From the NCBI GenBank assembly GCA_051362555.1, contig CM120640.1, forward strand, positions 7,998,001-8,062,000: a DNA stretch of 64,000 bases, written 5' to 3'. Numbering within the stretch: the stretch's first letter is position 1; each line of letters begins with the position of its first letter. A model generated the notes under the pieces. That model was not told the origin of the DNA. It ran no database searches and worked only from the letters and a program-made list of their open reading frames with translations. Positions 14,301-27,033 of the stretch are shown in pieces. The translations under genes were made by a program, and so were the position numbers. Origin of the DNA: Lingula anatina. Its lineage: Eukaryota > Animalia > Brachiopoda.

Positions 14301-14464
14301 GACAGGTGCAAAGACTGTTTTATTTAACAATAATCTTTAGGTTGAAAATAGAGACACTTGTTATGCTAAATATCAAATGTCTGTAAATTGTTTTAATAAG
14401 AAGCTTGACACAGCTCAAAAGCAACAAACTCTTTTACTCCTGTGGTAGATCTTGTTTGGTCCTA

Positions 14465-14653
14465 GGCTTCGTTCACATGGAAAGTCTATTTTCTAAAAAT
14501 CTAAAAGCCAGTTACTATAAGTTACTATAAGTAACTGGCTCGCGCTGCCAGTAATTACGCCGCGGGATATTCAGGGCACAGACCGTGATCATAAGATATA
14601 CCGCGAATAGAAAATAGATTTTTAGAAAATAGACTTTCCATGTGAACGAAGCC
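14465..14653. mobile_element. Harbinger/Tourist-like MITE, 189 bp
   Basis: Perfect 39-bp TIR GGCTTCGTTCACATGGAAAGTCTATTTTCTAAAAATCTA; 3-bp direct flank CTA on both sides. Confidence 0.88.
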
Positions 14654-17049
14654 CTAAACTCCCACTGAGAGCCAAACCCTTGTGTACTAAATGGTACACT
14701 TAATCACCTTTAGGGATTTTGATGTGTTATAAAGGTCTGCAATTGGGAAATATCCTTTTTCCCCATTTCTTTTATACAAAATACTTACGCTAATATGCAG
14801 GTGCCACATACAGGTACATGTATGCCTACGCCCGTCTGTCAACTGCGTTAGATTCGCGGTACACTTTGATTCAACAGGGTGAAACTATGGCTTTCATCAT
14901 ATTTGTTTCAAACGATCGGGCATTTTACTACTTTATCTTTCATATAAAATAACCCTAATTATGCAAGCATGTTTTATTAAGTTCTTTTACAGTATTGGGC
15001 AATCACCAATGACCTTATTCTTTTTTTCAATAAATCTCACAAAATAGTCTGATTTACGGTGAATGGCGAGAACAAAATATCCAAACTTCGTGTATCTCCC
15101 ATACACATAGATCACACTGTCTATTGTCTTCTTAATCCACCGCCGTAAATGTGAGAGACCCCACGAGACAGCAGTAAAATATATGTAGCTCGAGTGTCTC
15201 ACATATATCTCGCGGGGTCGTTGTGTATTACATAGATACATCTTTCTCTTACCATATTCTCTAGACCCCATTAAATGTGGCAAGTGCCATGCAAAACCAA
15301 TTTGCCTTAACCTATTCTCTAATGTTTCCCGTGAGTGATTTAGCAAATACAAAGGCATTGGCATTAATGTCTTTATATGACAAAACCTTTCAAGTGAATA
15401 ATGAATGTAGAAGCCTTTTAACGAACCAAATGATTTGGTTCCGATTCAAGTTTGAAGGGTGCCCATGCTTAAAAAAAATCCATATTTTGACGGCAAATGT
15501 TACAAATTCATGAAAGTCCAATAATATGGCTGGCTTATCTTCATGTTAAGGGCCTGTACAAATTCGGAGTCGGAAATGGCCGAAGTTGGAACTACATGCA
15601 TCACATAGGAAGATATTAAGATATTTAAGGTAAGATGCTTATTTATGGTTAGTTAACCTAGGAAATGCCCAAAGACATTTTCATAAAATTGATTCAAAAT
15701 TAAGTTTTGCTTATCCCTATAGTAACGATCATTTTTCAGATGATACTGGTAGCCTCTCCCCTTTAACAGACAGGAAAGGAAGGAAGAAAGATTTAAGGTT
15801 AAATGGTTCCTCAGTCTTGTATTTTCAGTTGAAACGTACAATGACAGCATGTTAAGAAACATATTGGGTCAATAAAGTGTTAGAAAGCAGAAAAGAGAAT
15901 TTACTGTGAATAAAGTCTCTCTACATGTTAAAACTTTGGAATTCAATCACGCAGTGTAGGCTACACAATGATATTTGGCTAAAACTGAAGGATCACCAAA
16001 TGAAAACAATAAAATTGTTCATACTGTATATTAACAAAGGTACACGGAAAACTGTGCAGTAACAATTCCTGAAGTATGATATGCTAAATAATATTTAAAA
16101 AGAAGGATCCTATCAGGTGTGATCATTGATATCTATAACATTGTCTTAAAGACTTTAAAATCCCTGAAACCTCGCAATCCAGGCATCAGTTTACCTATCG
16201 ACAAAAGAGATGAACACAAATTATCGTGGTTTGTGAATAACAAGTTGCCTTGGAAAACTTGAACTCCATACTACCTCAGATACTGACAGAATACTACAGA
16301 ATGTGCATTTTCTCAATAAACAATAAGAACAAGCTGGTTTGACACCTGGATAATGCAGAGTGCACCATATGTATTAGAATATAAGCCAAAACAGGTTCAT
16401 CTACGTCTTTTATAAACATTGAAAGTCTTTGCACTATTATTTGTAGAAAGTGATACAGAATTAGACTATATAATATCATTCTGAGGCTAGCTGTGTGAAA
16501 GAAACGTAAGAACATTTAATGTACACACTAACTGTATTGTATCATCATTTGTATATCATATTGTACAAGGTCATGACAATCTATGTACCAGTACAGAAAT
16601 AAATTGAATTGAATTGAAAAAAATTGAATTTAATAAACAAGGACGTAATGCCATCATAAAACCTACAGCATGCGTGCATACAAAAGCGTTTGACATCCAT
16701 AAACGCTTCGAACAGTAGATAACGTGTCCTCTCTGACACTGTGTTGGGTAGTTAGCATTCTGTCTCTGAAAATAAGCAGCGGAGCCCATATTTGTGCATT
16801 GCCTTAAAAGCAAAATTATGATATAAGCTCCACAACAGGTGGATTCGACAGTTAATCCAGTGCAAAGCATAATTGCGCATTTTTCATGTGATCGTTTCAT
16901 AGGATTTGGGGGTCAGATTGAAGTGTATAATGGGAAGCTGATGTATCACTAATTGGCGGAGACTCCACTCCCCCTACTGGACTCGAGAATGATCTATTGT
17001 TTTTAAGGGTTAGAAGAATAGTGTCATTTCAGGCTATCTGTTACTTAAA

Positions 17050-17495
17050 AAGACCTCTATTTAAATAATTATCCTCTCATTCACAGGTTACAGATCACGT
17101 GTAGCACGCAGTGATATGAGCAAAAACACAATTGTCAGTATCAGTGCAAAAGAACGCAGTCAACTGCAAAGACCTCTTGTCTAAGATTACTAGTTAATGA
17201 CTTCTTTTGGTATTACATGAAGTAACCTCTTTTAAATTACCCTGTCATTCAGGACAACATATCACGTGTCATCGCTGTTACTTTCAACAGATATTTCATA
17301 TGCACTGTCTCCCAGTGACGAACTCTCTTTACGCCTAGTCAGTTTTTACATTTTTTTATTTTTAATTTTCCATTACTTATTACACAGGTTTAGGGCTAAT
17401 GAAGTTATCAGGTACTTAGGCAGGTACTTAGTTTTCCTAATAAAAGCTAATGTTTAGTATTCAGTAGTGGATATCACAGTAGTTTACTTGTTGGC
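17050..17495 (+). repeat. Dispersed repeat, single-unit copy; homologous to 43960-44725
   Basis: 17097-17435 aligns with 44401-44692 (CACGCAGTGATAT..., CCCTGTCATTCAGGA, TTATTACACAGGTTT.GGG.TAAT.AAGTTATCA). Confidence 0.75.
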
Positions 17496-19733
17496 CCGCA
17501 TTTATATATTAGAGTACGAATGAATTAAGGTTGTATGATTAGAATAATGCAATCACTGTTTTGAATAGAAAGGCTCTCTAAACAGTATATATATACAGTA
17601 TATGTACAGCTTTAAGATCACTGTTCAGGGAGACATATTGATACACATTCGAGACGTCCGGGGACGTTACTTAGTCTTGTAACTGGGTTTTCTGTATTTG
17701 AAGAAATAAAGCTGGTAGAGAACCAGAACAATTTTTTTTTCATATATTAAACCGCGTGACGTTATCATTACGTACAGCCCCTTTTATAATTCCCAATAAA
17801 GTTGCCGTGTCAATATAAAAATAGATAAATATCCACTTACACTATACTTTTTAAAGGTGATTAAGTTATTAATGGTTTAACCTGCTATGGCCTGGCGGAA
17901 AAACCGTAGCATAATTGCAAAAGATGTGTATATGACTGGCAAAGTATTAGCCAATGGAAAACTTGTAACTATAGTAACATAGCACAATAAGTGAAGACAA
18001 CCAATGTTTAGCAGACAAACCGTTTGAGAAATAAAAAAACCAGCAATGCAAAGTCGCTTAATAGGCTCTATCGTCACCAAATTGACTAAATCATCGTCTA
18101 GGCTACTATAAATTTTGCTCTAAGGTGTTAAGAGTGAAACAAAAGGTAAGTGGCTTTTTTAGATTATTTTTGAAACAAGGATTTGTAGTTTTCTGCCCTG
18201 ACAGCAGGGACAGCTGGAGTCAGCTTTCGACTTTATTCGTTTTGTTCACAAAGTAACTAAAATCAGAAGTTGGCAATTATTTTGATACCGCACTTTAAGT
18301 GAGGATAAACAATGAAAGATGCAGAGCTGGTGGCTCAAAAAGAACGTAGTCGTGTTTTCTTACATGTGAGACGTCTGTGTTTCTTTTTTTTTTTACAATG
18401 TTACTATTACTTTCATATTCGTATTTAGATATGCGTATGTTAAGGTAAGGTATTTCCGATTTATATACCTGAAATTTATCACCATATGACCTGACTTGAA
18501 TTCTTTCTTTTGCTAGTTTTGAATCAATCTATCATATCTGACTTATCTCAAGCGACTATGCTGATCATAATGTATATCGATAATTGGTAGAACTTTCGTT
18601 GTACTAAGGTACCATTTTTACCAGAGGTACCTGGGTGCATTTTTCGAAAACAATCAAATAACCTTTAGAGGGTGTAGTTAGAAATATGTTGGCCTAGATT
18701 GTTGTAGTTCTTGACAAAAGTGTTTTGAGAAAATATTTCCATCCGATGTTATGCCGTCTTGGTGTAACTTAAAGTTATGAGTGATAAAATCTAAACACAG
18801 TGTTTTTAAGAAAAGCGGTCGTACCGCCCTACAGCATCCACGAACTGCTCCTATTTGACGCTGAACACTTTCTGATACAAGCCTAGGTAGTAGGGAATAC
18901 TTAGAAACCGACAATAGCACTTTCACATCTGAAACGCTGATATGATGCGTCAGCAAGTTGCCATACTCTTTTTGAAGACGAATGGTGTCCATAAACATTA
19001 TAAGATAGTATTATAACGACTAGCATTATACAAAGTAGTTTTAACAACTAGTTTTATACAAAGTAGTTTTTTGCCTGATTTTGGCTAATAGTGAAAGGGT
19101 GTATAACCTTAAGATAATTAGGATACTTGACCTCTTTTGATATATATTATAGCACTAATACAACCTATACTATTCAAAAAAAGTTAGGCAGCACCCGACA
19201 TTTAAAATGCAAAAGTTTGAACTATTCCATTTAGCCACTTTTAGACAAACTCATCCTTTATTTCTACTTAAACTGTGCTGCAATAAAATAGATTTTGCAC
19301 TCGTTAAAAGTAATAATTATGGTTTTATGCTAGTGAAATTCGCAAAAAAAGTAGGTAAAATTATTTGGACTCAAAACTCCTAGGGGCTATGCTGCATATA
19401 AATATCCACCGTGAGAATCACACTGCAAAAGCTTTGACTAACATTTTCTAGCCGTGTCTCAAGACCGTTATTTCTCACTGGAGAAAAGAGGGAGGGATAT
19501 AAGCTTATAAAACGCAGGTTTTGGTATTCAAAACACTGCTAGAAGACAAGATGTAAGTCTTTCAGTAATCCATAGTCTGATTGAGCGGTTAACGGTTTTG
19601 TGTTTGCTGGGGCGTTTTCATCGTGCAAGAAATGCCAAAAATGCACAGAAAGGACTGGTCTGCCTATTTGCCCGTTATGCTACATTATTGGACCACTTAG
19701 CGCTACTATTTCAGCAAAATCACTCACACCAGT

Positions 19734-20715
19734 CAGGGGCGTAACCAGACCTTTAAAAATTGTACGCACAGATTTTTAAAATTCCCAGCAAAATGTAGAC
19801 TAACGCAACAGATGAAGGACAGCGTAATCACAGCATATGTACCACACATCGCAGCCTAATTTCCATTAATAATAAAATCATCATTTAGTCAGAAATATTC
19901 TTGCAATTAAAAAAGTTTCAATATTCTTATTACCCAGAACGGTATATTTATTTAAAGGAGGCTAGTTTCGCACATGTGGAACCCCCTTCGAAGAATCCTG
20001 GATCCACCTCTGAGTTGAACTAACATACGGTTTCATTCACCTTAAATGTGGATGCATGGCTCCCAAAAACAACCAATTGTACGACACGACAGATCTGTGA
20101 TACATCTAAGTTTAATTATTTGTCTGTAAAAATTGCCCATGTCACCCTGTTAGTTTGGAGGGGTAAGCTGGGTCAAATCCGTGTCAAAATTCTTTGAAGC
20201 TTTGCAGGAAAAATTCTTCCTTTTTTTCTCTAGCTCGTTATTAAACCTGGTGTCCAGATTTTATCTAGTGCCCCCAGGGTTGCGGGAGCTGCTCTTTGAA
20301 AATAACACTCGGGCAGATTTTTACCTGAGATTAATATCGCCAGCCAGAATGATTTCGATATTCTCAAGAAAGAGGCTACAGGAGAGTTGAGGGCCACTGA
20401 ACCCTCCAATTAAGAGGTAAAGGAAGTTCCAGTTAGATGGACGATTAAGATAGGACTTGTTAAGGTTACAGGCATTGTTTACCTCAGTTCAATAAAAGTA
20501 TGCAAGACGGGGGGGGGGGGGGGGGGGGGGGTCAGAACAATCAATGTGCCTATACAATTGATACAGAGGATTTCTACTTACAGGTGACTTTAATAAGCAG
20601 AGGATTTTCTTTTATATTCCGCGAAAAATACACTAAATTTATATAAAATAATATCATGGTTGGCCAAAAAATTGTACGCACAGTGCCTCCGTGCGTATGC
20701 CTAGTTACGCCCATG
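19734..20715. mobile_element. hAT-like non-autonomous element with 5-bp TSD (hAT5-type)
   Basis: TIRs CAGGGGCGTAACCAG / CTAGTTACGCCCATG; CCAGT directly flanks both ends; internal direct repeat AAAAATTGTACGCACAG near both ends; poly-G at 20509-20531. Confidence 0.8.
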
Positions 20716-21199
20716 CCAGTAGATCTCAATAATCTAGTTCAATGGCTCATCCAAGAAGGAAATTGCATTCCACGTTTCAGACTTCGGTTACTCGATGGAG
20801 AGGGGATTTAAGGCATATGAAGCTTTCAGTGGCTGATATGCATTATACTAAAAAGTGTTAGAGTTGAGAAATTTATTTAATAATTTAATACCACCCCTTC
20901 CTTTTATGCTCATTTGCATAATGATGCCTGATAGGAAAGTCCAACCATAATGCGAGATTCAATAAAGCGATGGTGGCAGGTATTATTTTTACGTTTTTAT
21001 TTATTGAAGAGCAAAAGTTCTTTTTTTAATGTCTGCCTTTCTAAGTGTTCCCTCAATTCTTTTGAGCAGTCTATTTGATGACATTGCATGACTGTATACA
21101 ACTTAAGTGCAGTGGTTGTAGGGGCGCCACCAGTGCTACTTAAACTGCACTGCATAATGAGGAACGATCAGTGGTATTGTTAAGTGATATCCAAGATAT

Positions 21200-21412
21200 T
21201 CTGAGTTACGTAGCCTACTCTGTTAAACACTCCTTAATCAGCATGCTGTGTCGTCTTTGCAGAGCAGCGGGGAACCAATGAAGAGATACACATCGGTAAA
21301 TTCTGAAACACAGCACCTCTCGGCACTGTGTTAAAACGGTAAGTTCTTTTTGACGTAAAAAAAAAAATTCGAAATTTTTTGACATTAAAATAAATAGGAT
21401 TAATCAATCCTA
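21200..21412 (+). promoter_or_regulatory. Putative opsin promoter and non-coding first exon ending at 21338
   Basis: Strong donor ACG|GTAAGT at 21338/21339. The first coding exon is preceded by acceptors (TTTTAAG 23950, TTTTAG 23979). Nearby are a D-box-like GTTACGTA (21205), TAATCAGC (~21235) and a GGATTA-containing inverted repeat (21395-21412). Inferred only. Confidence 0.35.
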
Positions 21413-21450
21413 ATTTTAAATCGTGCTCATATCTAATCGTTCTATTTTGC

Positions 21451-21453
<3 letters not shown>

Positions 21454-21489
<36 letters not shown>
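21454..21489. repeat. (GT)n microsatellite
   Basis: Directly visible. Confidence 0.95.
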
Positions 21490-21490
<1 letters not shown>

Positions 21491-23984
21491 GTTGGTCTAA
21501 CTGCTTGCTTGTTTGTGTATGTGTGTTGTTTGCTATGTCAATACCATTTATATCATGTACAACATAAGCCTATCGTTCGAAGAGATGGAAGTGGTACTCA
21601 GGGATATTTGTCCGCAAAAAATTGAAGATACTGAACATAAACTTGAAAAAAATGTCGTAGAAATTCATACGACAGACATCAAGAACTATTTTTTGTTGTT
21701 GTTTTAGTGATTTGAATACATGGTAATTTTAATTTGACTTCTTCAATGACTATTAACATACTTTCAGTGAATAATAGAGAAAGGCGAGATTAATTAAGAG
21801 TCCTTGACGTGTGTAACAAAATGTTGAGTTCAATTAAACGCACGCGCGCGTTCGAACACACACACAAAAAGTATTATTTGTTTCGAGCAACATATTGCAT
21901 GTCTATATACAAAACGAACAGCGCATCAGTTATCAAATGAGTATTCTTTCGCAAATGAAGGCATATTAGATGATGTAACAATTCTGTTTAATACCATTGT
22001 CCTATCTTTCTATTGCTTCCCTTATGACGGATATTCGATATGTAATGTACAACCTTTCAGCGATCATTTGCATGAACAGAGACTTAAAAGCCGTATCAAA
22101 GGACAATGTTCAAACATAAACCATTTAAGGAGGAATGGATACTATCATCAAGCAGTTAAACCACAATTGTTGGTTGGAATGAAAGCAGATATGTTTCACA
22201 TATGGATGCCAATCTTTACTTGATCCTCTGTTCGTGTTGTTATTAAATATATCTTTACATAAGCATGGAAGTTTTTAAACTGCAAGGAAATTTTCCTGTG
22301 AAAAAATATTCGATAGGCAAGTATGTCAGTGGTTCGTTTCTCCGTTGCTTTCAAATTTTAATATCTTATAAATGCTTGACAACGCATAAAAACAATGGGT
22401 GTCCCCGAATCAACACTGGGAAGATTTTTACCGGAAGTGACTGAAGAAAAGGCCTTATACAACCAACTCCCCTTCATCCTGCAAGGAATGGCTTGCCTTG
22501 AAACCTTAAAACCTATTAGGGTTATATGATAGTCGACCTAAACGGTATTCACATCACATCATTCTTACTAATTTCTTACGTGTTCAAAAGCAGCTAGCAT
22601 TAAAAAGTTTCATATTGGGCTATTGTTCTTGAAGCACCGTATGGCATTTATAGGAACCTTTGTAGTCATTACCAACGGCACCCACCACATTTTTGCACAA
22701 TTGACATCAAACCAACAATTGCTGTTGAAACTCAGTGTCTTACCTGAAATGGAAGTAACATCAAAAGAAAGTCACGCGATAAACTTCGCAACACTTAAGA
22801 AAAAAAAACCATTCAAGGCTTGTTAAAGCAATTTTAATAGTTGCTTATAGATACATACATGTATATCTTGGTTTGGAAATAATTCGTAATTCAAACCTTG
22901 ATTTTTTGTGCTTATGTGCTCATAGTAAGAACTTGACATGTTCAGTCATGCCTTTTTGTTAGACTATTTCATATTTGTCTATTCATGTTGTATGATTGTT
23001 CATTCAATTGGATCTACATATTGTATTCTCAAATTAGAACATCAACAGCAATTTCAATAGGCAGTGCACTTATTTCGCCCATTTAAGTATCGAGAGGGAG
23101 CACAAAATTGTCCAAAGGAAAAAAGTCGCCTATAAAGAATATGAGTGAATGTGAATGTGAGGTTCCTAAACTTTTGGAAACACACAACTACAGTGATCCC
23201 TGGACGTGAATAACGATGGTTTAATGTTGTTGTTTGTCTAAGAAAAAAAAAGAGAATAAGGAATAATCATGGTAATAATAGTGATAATGGATTTAAAACC
23301 CCGGTAATTCGAAAGGCCTTTAAGTGTTATTTTCCTATTTGCAAACACAGGTTTTGTTGCCTTGATATTTGAAGAGCAGGAAAACACGCTCATGCTCTAG
23401 AAATAGACGTAATAGATAAAGGCTGTCAAGAATCTGAATGGATATAATTGATTTAGTTAATTCAGTTGATAGATGCACAAGTAGGCTCTATAGGTAGTTA
23501 CGTATTCCTATTGTGTCTGGTTTCTTATAGTTTTCAGGGTTTCTTCTCTATTTATCTGCTTCTACACATATGTAACTGAGTATATAAATGACAAATGAAA
23601 TTTGTTAAAACACAATTCTGTATGCATAATTGCTGTTTATAGTATATGTGTACAAGCACAATTTCGACAGTGTCGAAAATTTTTTTATTCTATTTGGGAG
23701 TTCCTATTTCGTGCAAAAGTAACTTCCGATTTTTTTAGCACAATAGAGATCTTTCATTTTCCGGAATACAAATTCTTTCTTAAAGATTCCCTTCGCACAT
23801 AAAGATGTATTTGTATGCCCACATGTAAGTCTCTTTATACTGACGGAATTTTTTTGAGATTTGTAAACCTGTATTTCATTTCAAATACTTATGGAACATT
23901 TACATCTGTCGTACTGCTCCCTCTGCATACTTTATCTGTCTTGTTTTAAGTTACATGAGAAATGTGATATGCATTTTAGAATCC

Positions 23985-26745
23985 ATGGAAAACATGCGGG
24001 GGAATGGTACATTTCAACTGAATGGCTCGGCACTGTTGCCTTATGAACATCCGTTCTGGTCTACTTATCCTCCGCCACCTCGTGAAGTCAATGTCATAGT
24101 GGGGACATTTGTGTTAGCAGTATCTCTCATCACCATAGCTGGCAATTCGTTCGTAATTGGTTTCTTCTGTAGGTGAGTACTACACATTTTAATGGTAAAA
24201 CTGACACTTATTTTTGTTTACATAGCAGTCCCTCACTAAGTCGGTGGACCCAAATCTATTGGTTCTAGATTTCTGTTTTTACCGCTACCTATCAATTCAC
24301 CTTTTTCTTTCTGCATTATAACTCAAGAATTTAAATATCAGATCTCGAAAACGAAGGTAACAGAAGGGAATTTTTCAGCGGTTTTGGATGTGACAGCCAG
24401 ACCTTGGTGATTAGGGGAACAAGTGTTAGAATTTCCAGGAAAATTAACTTTCTACTATCTTAGGGTCTCACACTCACTGTGCCTTAAACGGAGTGCACAG
24501 TGTTGTCCATTTTGTATTTGGAGTTGAAACACAGTTGGCACAGGGGGGTTACACTGTATGTAACATCGGAAACCCCGGTTTGTGAATCAGTAGTTTAGAT
24601 CCCAGCAGTTCCAAAACCACTAACGATAGCTTGTAAAAATGTAATCGACAATGAAAAAGTAAGTCCAAATTATCCAGTATCGCGTCTGTTCTTTTATTTA
24701 TCTTCCGTATAATGTAAACATTCTATCAAACTGCTCGAACAGATCACCTAGTATCCCCAGATAGGCCTACCTGTTAAGAGATTTTACTCCACACACATTT
24801 GTAAGGTCAAGTTTGCGTTTTAGCGTAATTTGTTCAAAAAGAAAGGGATCAGACAAACTTCCCGAAATATTTCAATACTTAAATGACACGCCAGGAATTT
24901 AATCGATAAGATGCCAAGATGCCGCATGTAAATGTACTGAATATGATTTTGCGGGTTATCAAGGAAATGCGCCTAAGCACATTTATTTCAAAGTGTAATA
25001 CCAATCCATTTTCTTGTTTTAAGTGGGAATATATCGAATAATGATGAACCTTTCAAAGGACCCGTCACTGTTTTGTTAAAAAGCCCGGACAATGTTGTTA
25101 TCTGAAACAATGATGCCTTGATTTCGAGCATTATGATTGCATTTGGGAATTGATTTTTTATCTTCATAGTTCCACTTAATCGTTATTTATTTAAATGTGT
25201 ATGCTGTGAGAGTAAGAGTAGCACTTTTGAAATGATATACTAACTTTTGGTATAACTGTTATTTGAACAATTTATGCAGCAATCGCCTTGATCGGCTATA
25301 AGATTTGAAAAAAATCCTGGCTATTCCGATGGTAGCTATAGAAAGAGAACATGTGCATTTTTTAATTTTATACGGCGAAATGCTGTTATCTTACAACTTG
25401 CTTTAGTAACAACAAAAAATCCTATATCTAAAATGTTCTCTTTTTTTTTTTGCTATTTTAGGTGTAAATCCCTTAGGACTCCAGCTAACTTTCTTCTTAT
25501 GAATCTGTCTTTAAGTAACGTTTTGATGTCTGTGTCTGTTCCAATGGTTACAGTAGCTTCTTATCTTGGCGAATGGCCATTTGGAGAAATAGGTGAGTTT
25601 TTTCTATCTCGAATGCAACTTTCCCTCCCAGGATATATTTTGTCAAAGACAGAGGGTACAGCATGAGAATGTAAAATGAGATTCCAATGTCTCAAATAAT
25701 AGTTTTGTAAGTGTATTTTGGATTCATTACGTAATTCTTCTGTTACAAACTTGCATTTAGCTAATTTTTTTACGAAAAGTACATTTCTACTGTCATTTTT
25801 ATAATTTTTTGGCTTGGTTATCCAAATAATACACTGTACAGCGACACTAAAACCTCGCAAAGTTTATATATCACATTGCTTTGCTTAACCTAAGGACGCC
25901 ATATAGGTACACATCATCAATACTATTGTCCTCAGTTACTTAAATCACTGGTCTTTTCAGGTTGTAACCTACACGCTGTGATGATGGGAGGGTTCGGACT
26001 GATGACTATTAATACAATGGCAGCAATCGCGGTGGAGAAACACCACAGTATAGTGAAGTCCCAGACTGTCGTCAGTCGCGTGTCATGGCGTTTGGCACTT
26101 AAGTATCTCGCAATAGTTTGGGTAAACTCAATCATCTGGGTCCTACCACCTTTATTCGGCTGGGGTCGATATATTTTAGAAGGACTGGGAACAGCTTGTT
26201 GCTTTGACTACATAACGGAGACAATTACAAACAGAGCCTTTGTTGTTACGTTATTTGCAGCGGGATTTATCTGTCCTCTCTCTGTTATCGTGGTTTGTTA
26301 TATCTGGATCTTTGCTCACGTTCACAACAATTCTCATGCCATGAAAACGTATAGGATGTCTTCTCAACGGAAGAAACGAATTTCAAGATCTGAGCTGAAA
26401 ATAGTGAAAATGATTTTAGTGGTGTTGATGATATATATCGGAGCTTGGACGCCTTACGCGGTTGTTTCTCTTATGGGAATATTTGGAAAAGCTAATCAGC
26501 TGGATCGCGTAACCTCCACTATTCCTGCCATGGTGGCCAAGGCATCTGCAATTTACAACCCCTTGGTTTATATTCACTACCACCGGAGATTTCGTGGAGA
26601 GCTGAGGAGAAGAGGAATATTCCCTTGTAGTTCAGCGTCACATAGTTCGGCGCAAAATTCGTCCTATGGCTCTAAAAGTGACTCAAAAAGCTGGATTAGA
26701 CAGTCTGCTTTGGCAAAACAAACTTCCGCTCATCACTATGTTTAG
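23985..26745 (+). CDS. Rhabdomeric-type (r-opsin/melanopsin-like, probably non-canonical) opsin; 3 coding exons, ~367 aa (377 aa if ATG 23955 is used)
   Basis: Exons 23985-24172, 25462-25592 and 25961-26745 join in frame through GT-AG introns (phases 2 and 1) at melanopsin-equivalent positions (FCR|xSLRTPAN, G|C110). Motifs: HPFW, GN in TM1, LRTPAN, GWGRYILEG..CCFDY, WTPYA, AKASAIYNPLVY with K296 at 26539-26541, HRRFR. N-glycosylation sites NGT and NGS. AATAAA at 26832. Confidence 0.95.
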
Positions 26746-27033
26746 TATGCAGATTAATCATTCATCGCCTGTTAATTCAGATTGTTTGTTTTATAAGTCA
26801 CATCTATTTGATATGGTAAACATTGTGTTTAAATAAACAATTTCTTCAATGACCTGGAAGTGAGTTATGTTCGAATACTTTTCAAAAGTTTTGTTAAGTG
26901 AAGCTATTCAAATCTTAACGTGGCAGATGTAAATACAGTGCGCAAGGCGTGAGCCTTCATGATAAAAAAATACAACATGAATAGTATATACAGGAATTGC
27001 AGCGGGTAGGACATAAACTTTAAAGAGAGATTA

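Noticed and set aside
23955-26745. Alternative assignment of the opsin as xenopsin, c-opsin, Opn5 or RGR/retinochrome
   Set aside because: HPxW N-terminus, CxFDY, AKASAIYNP, HxxFR and melanopsin-type intron positions favour the r-opsin clade; a phylogeny is still needed for the subfamily.
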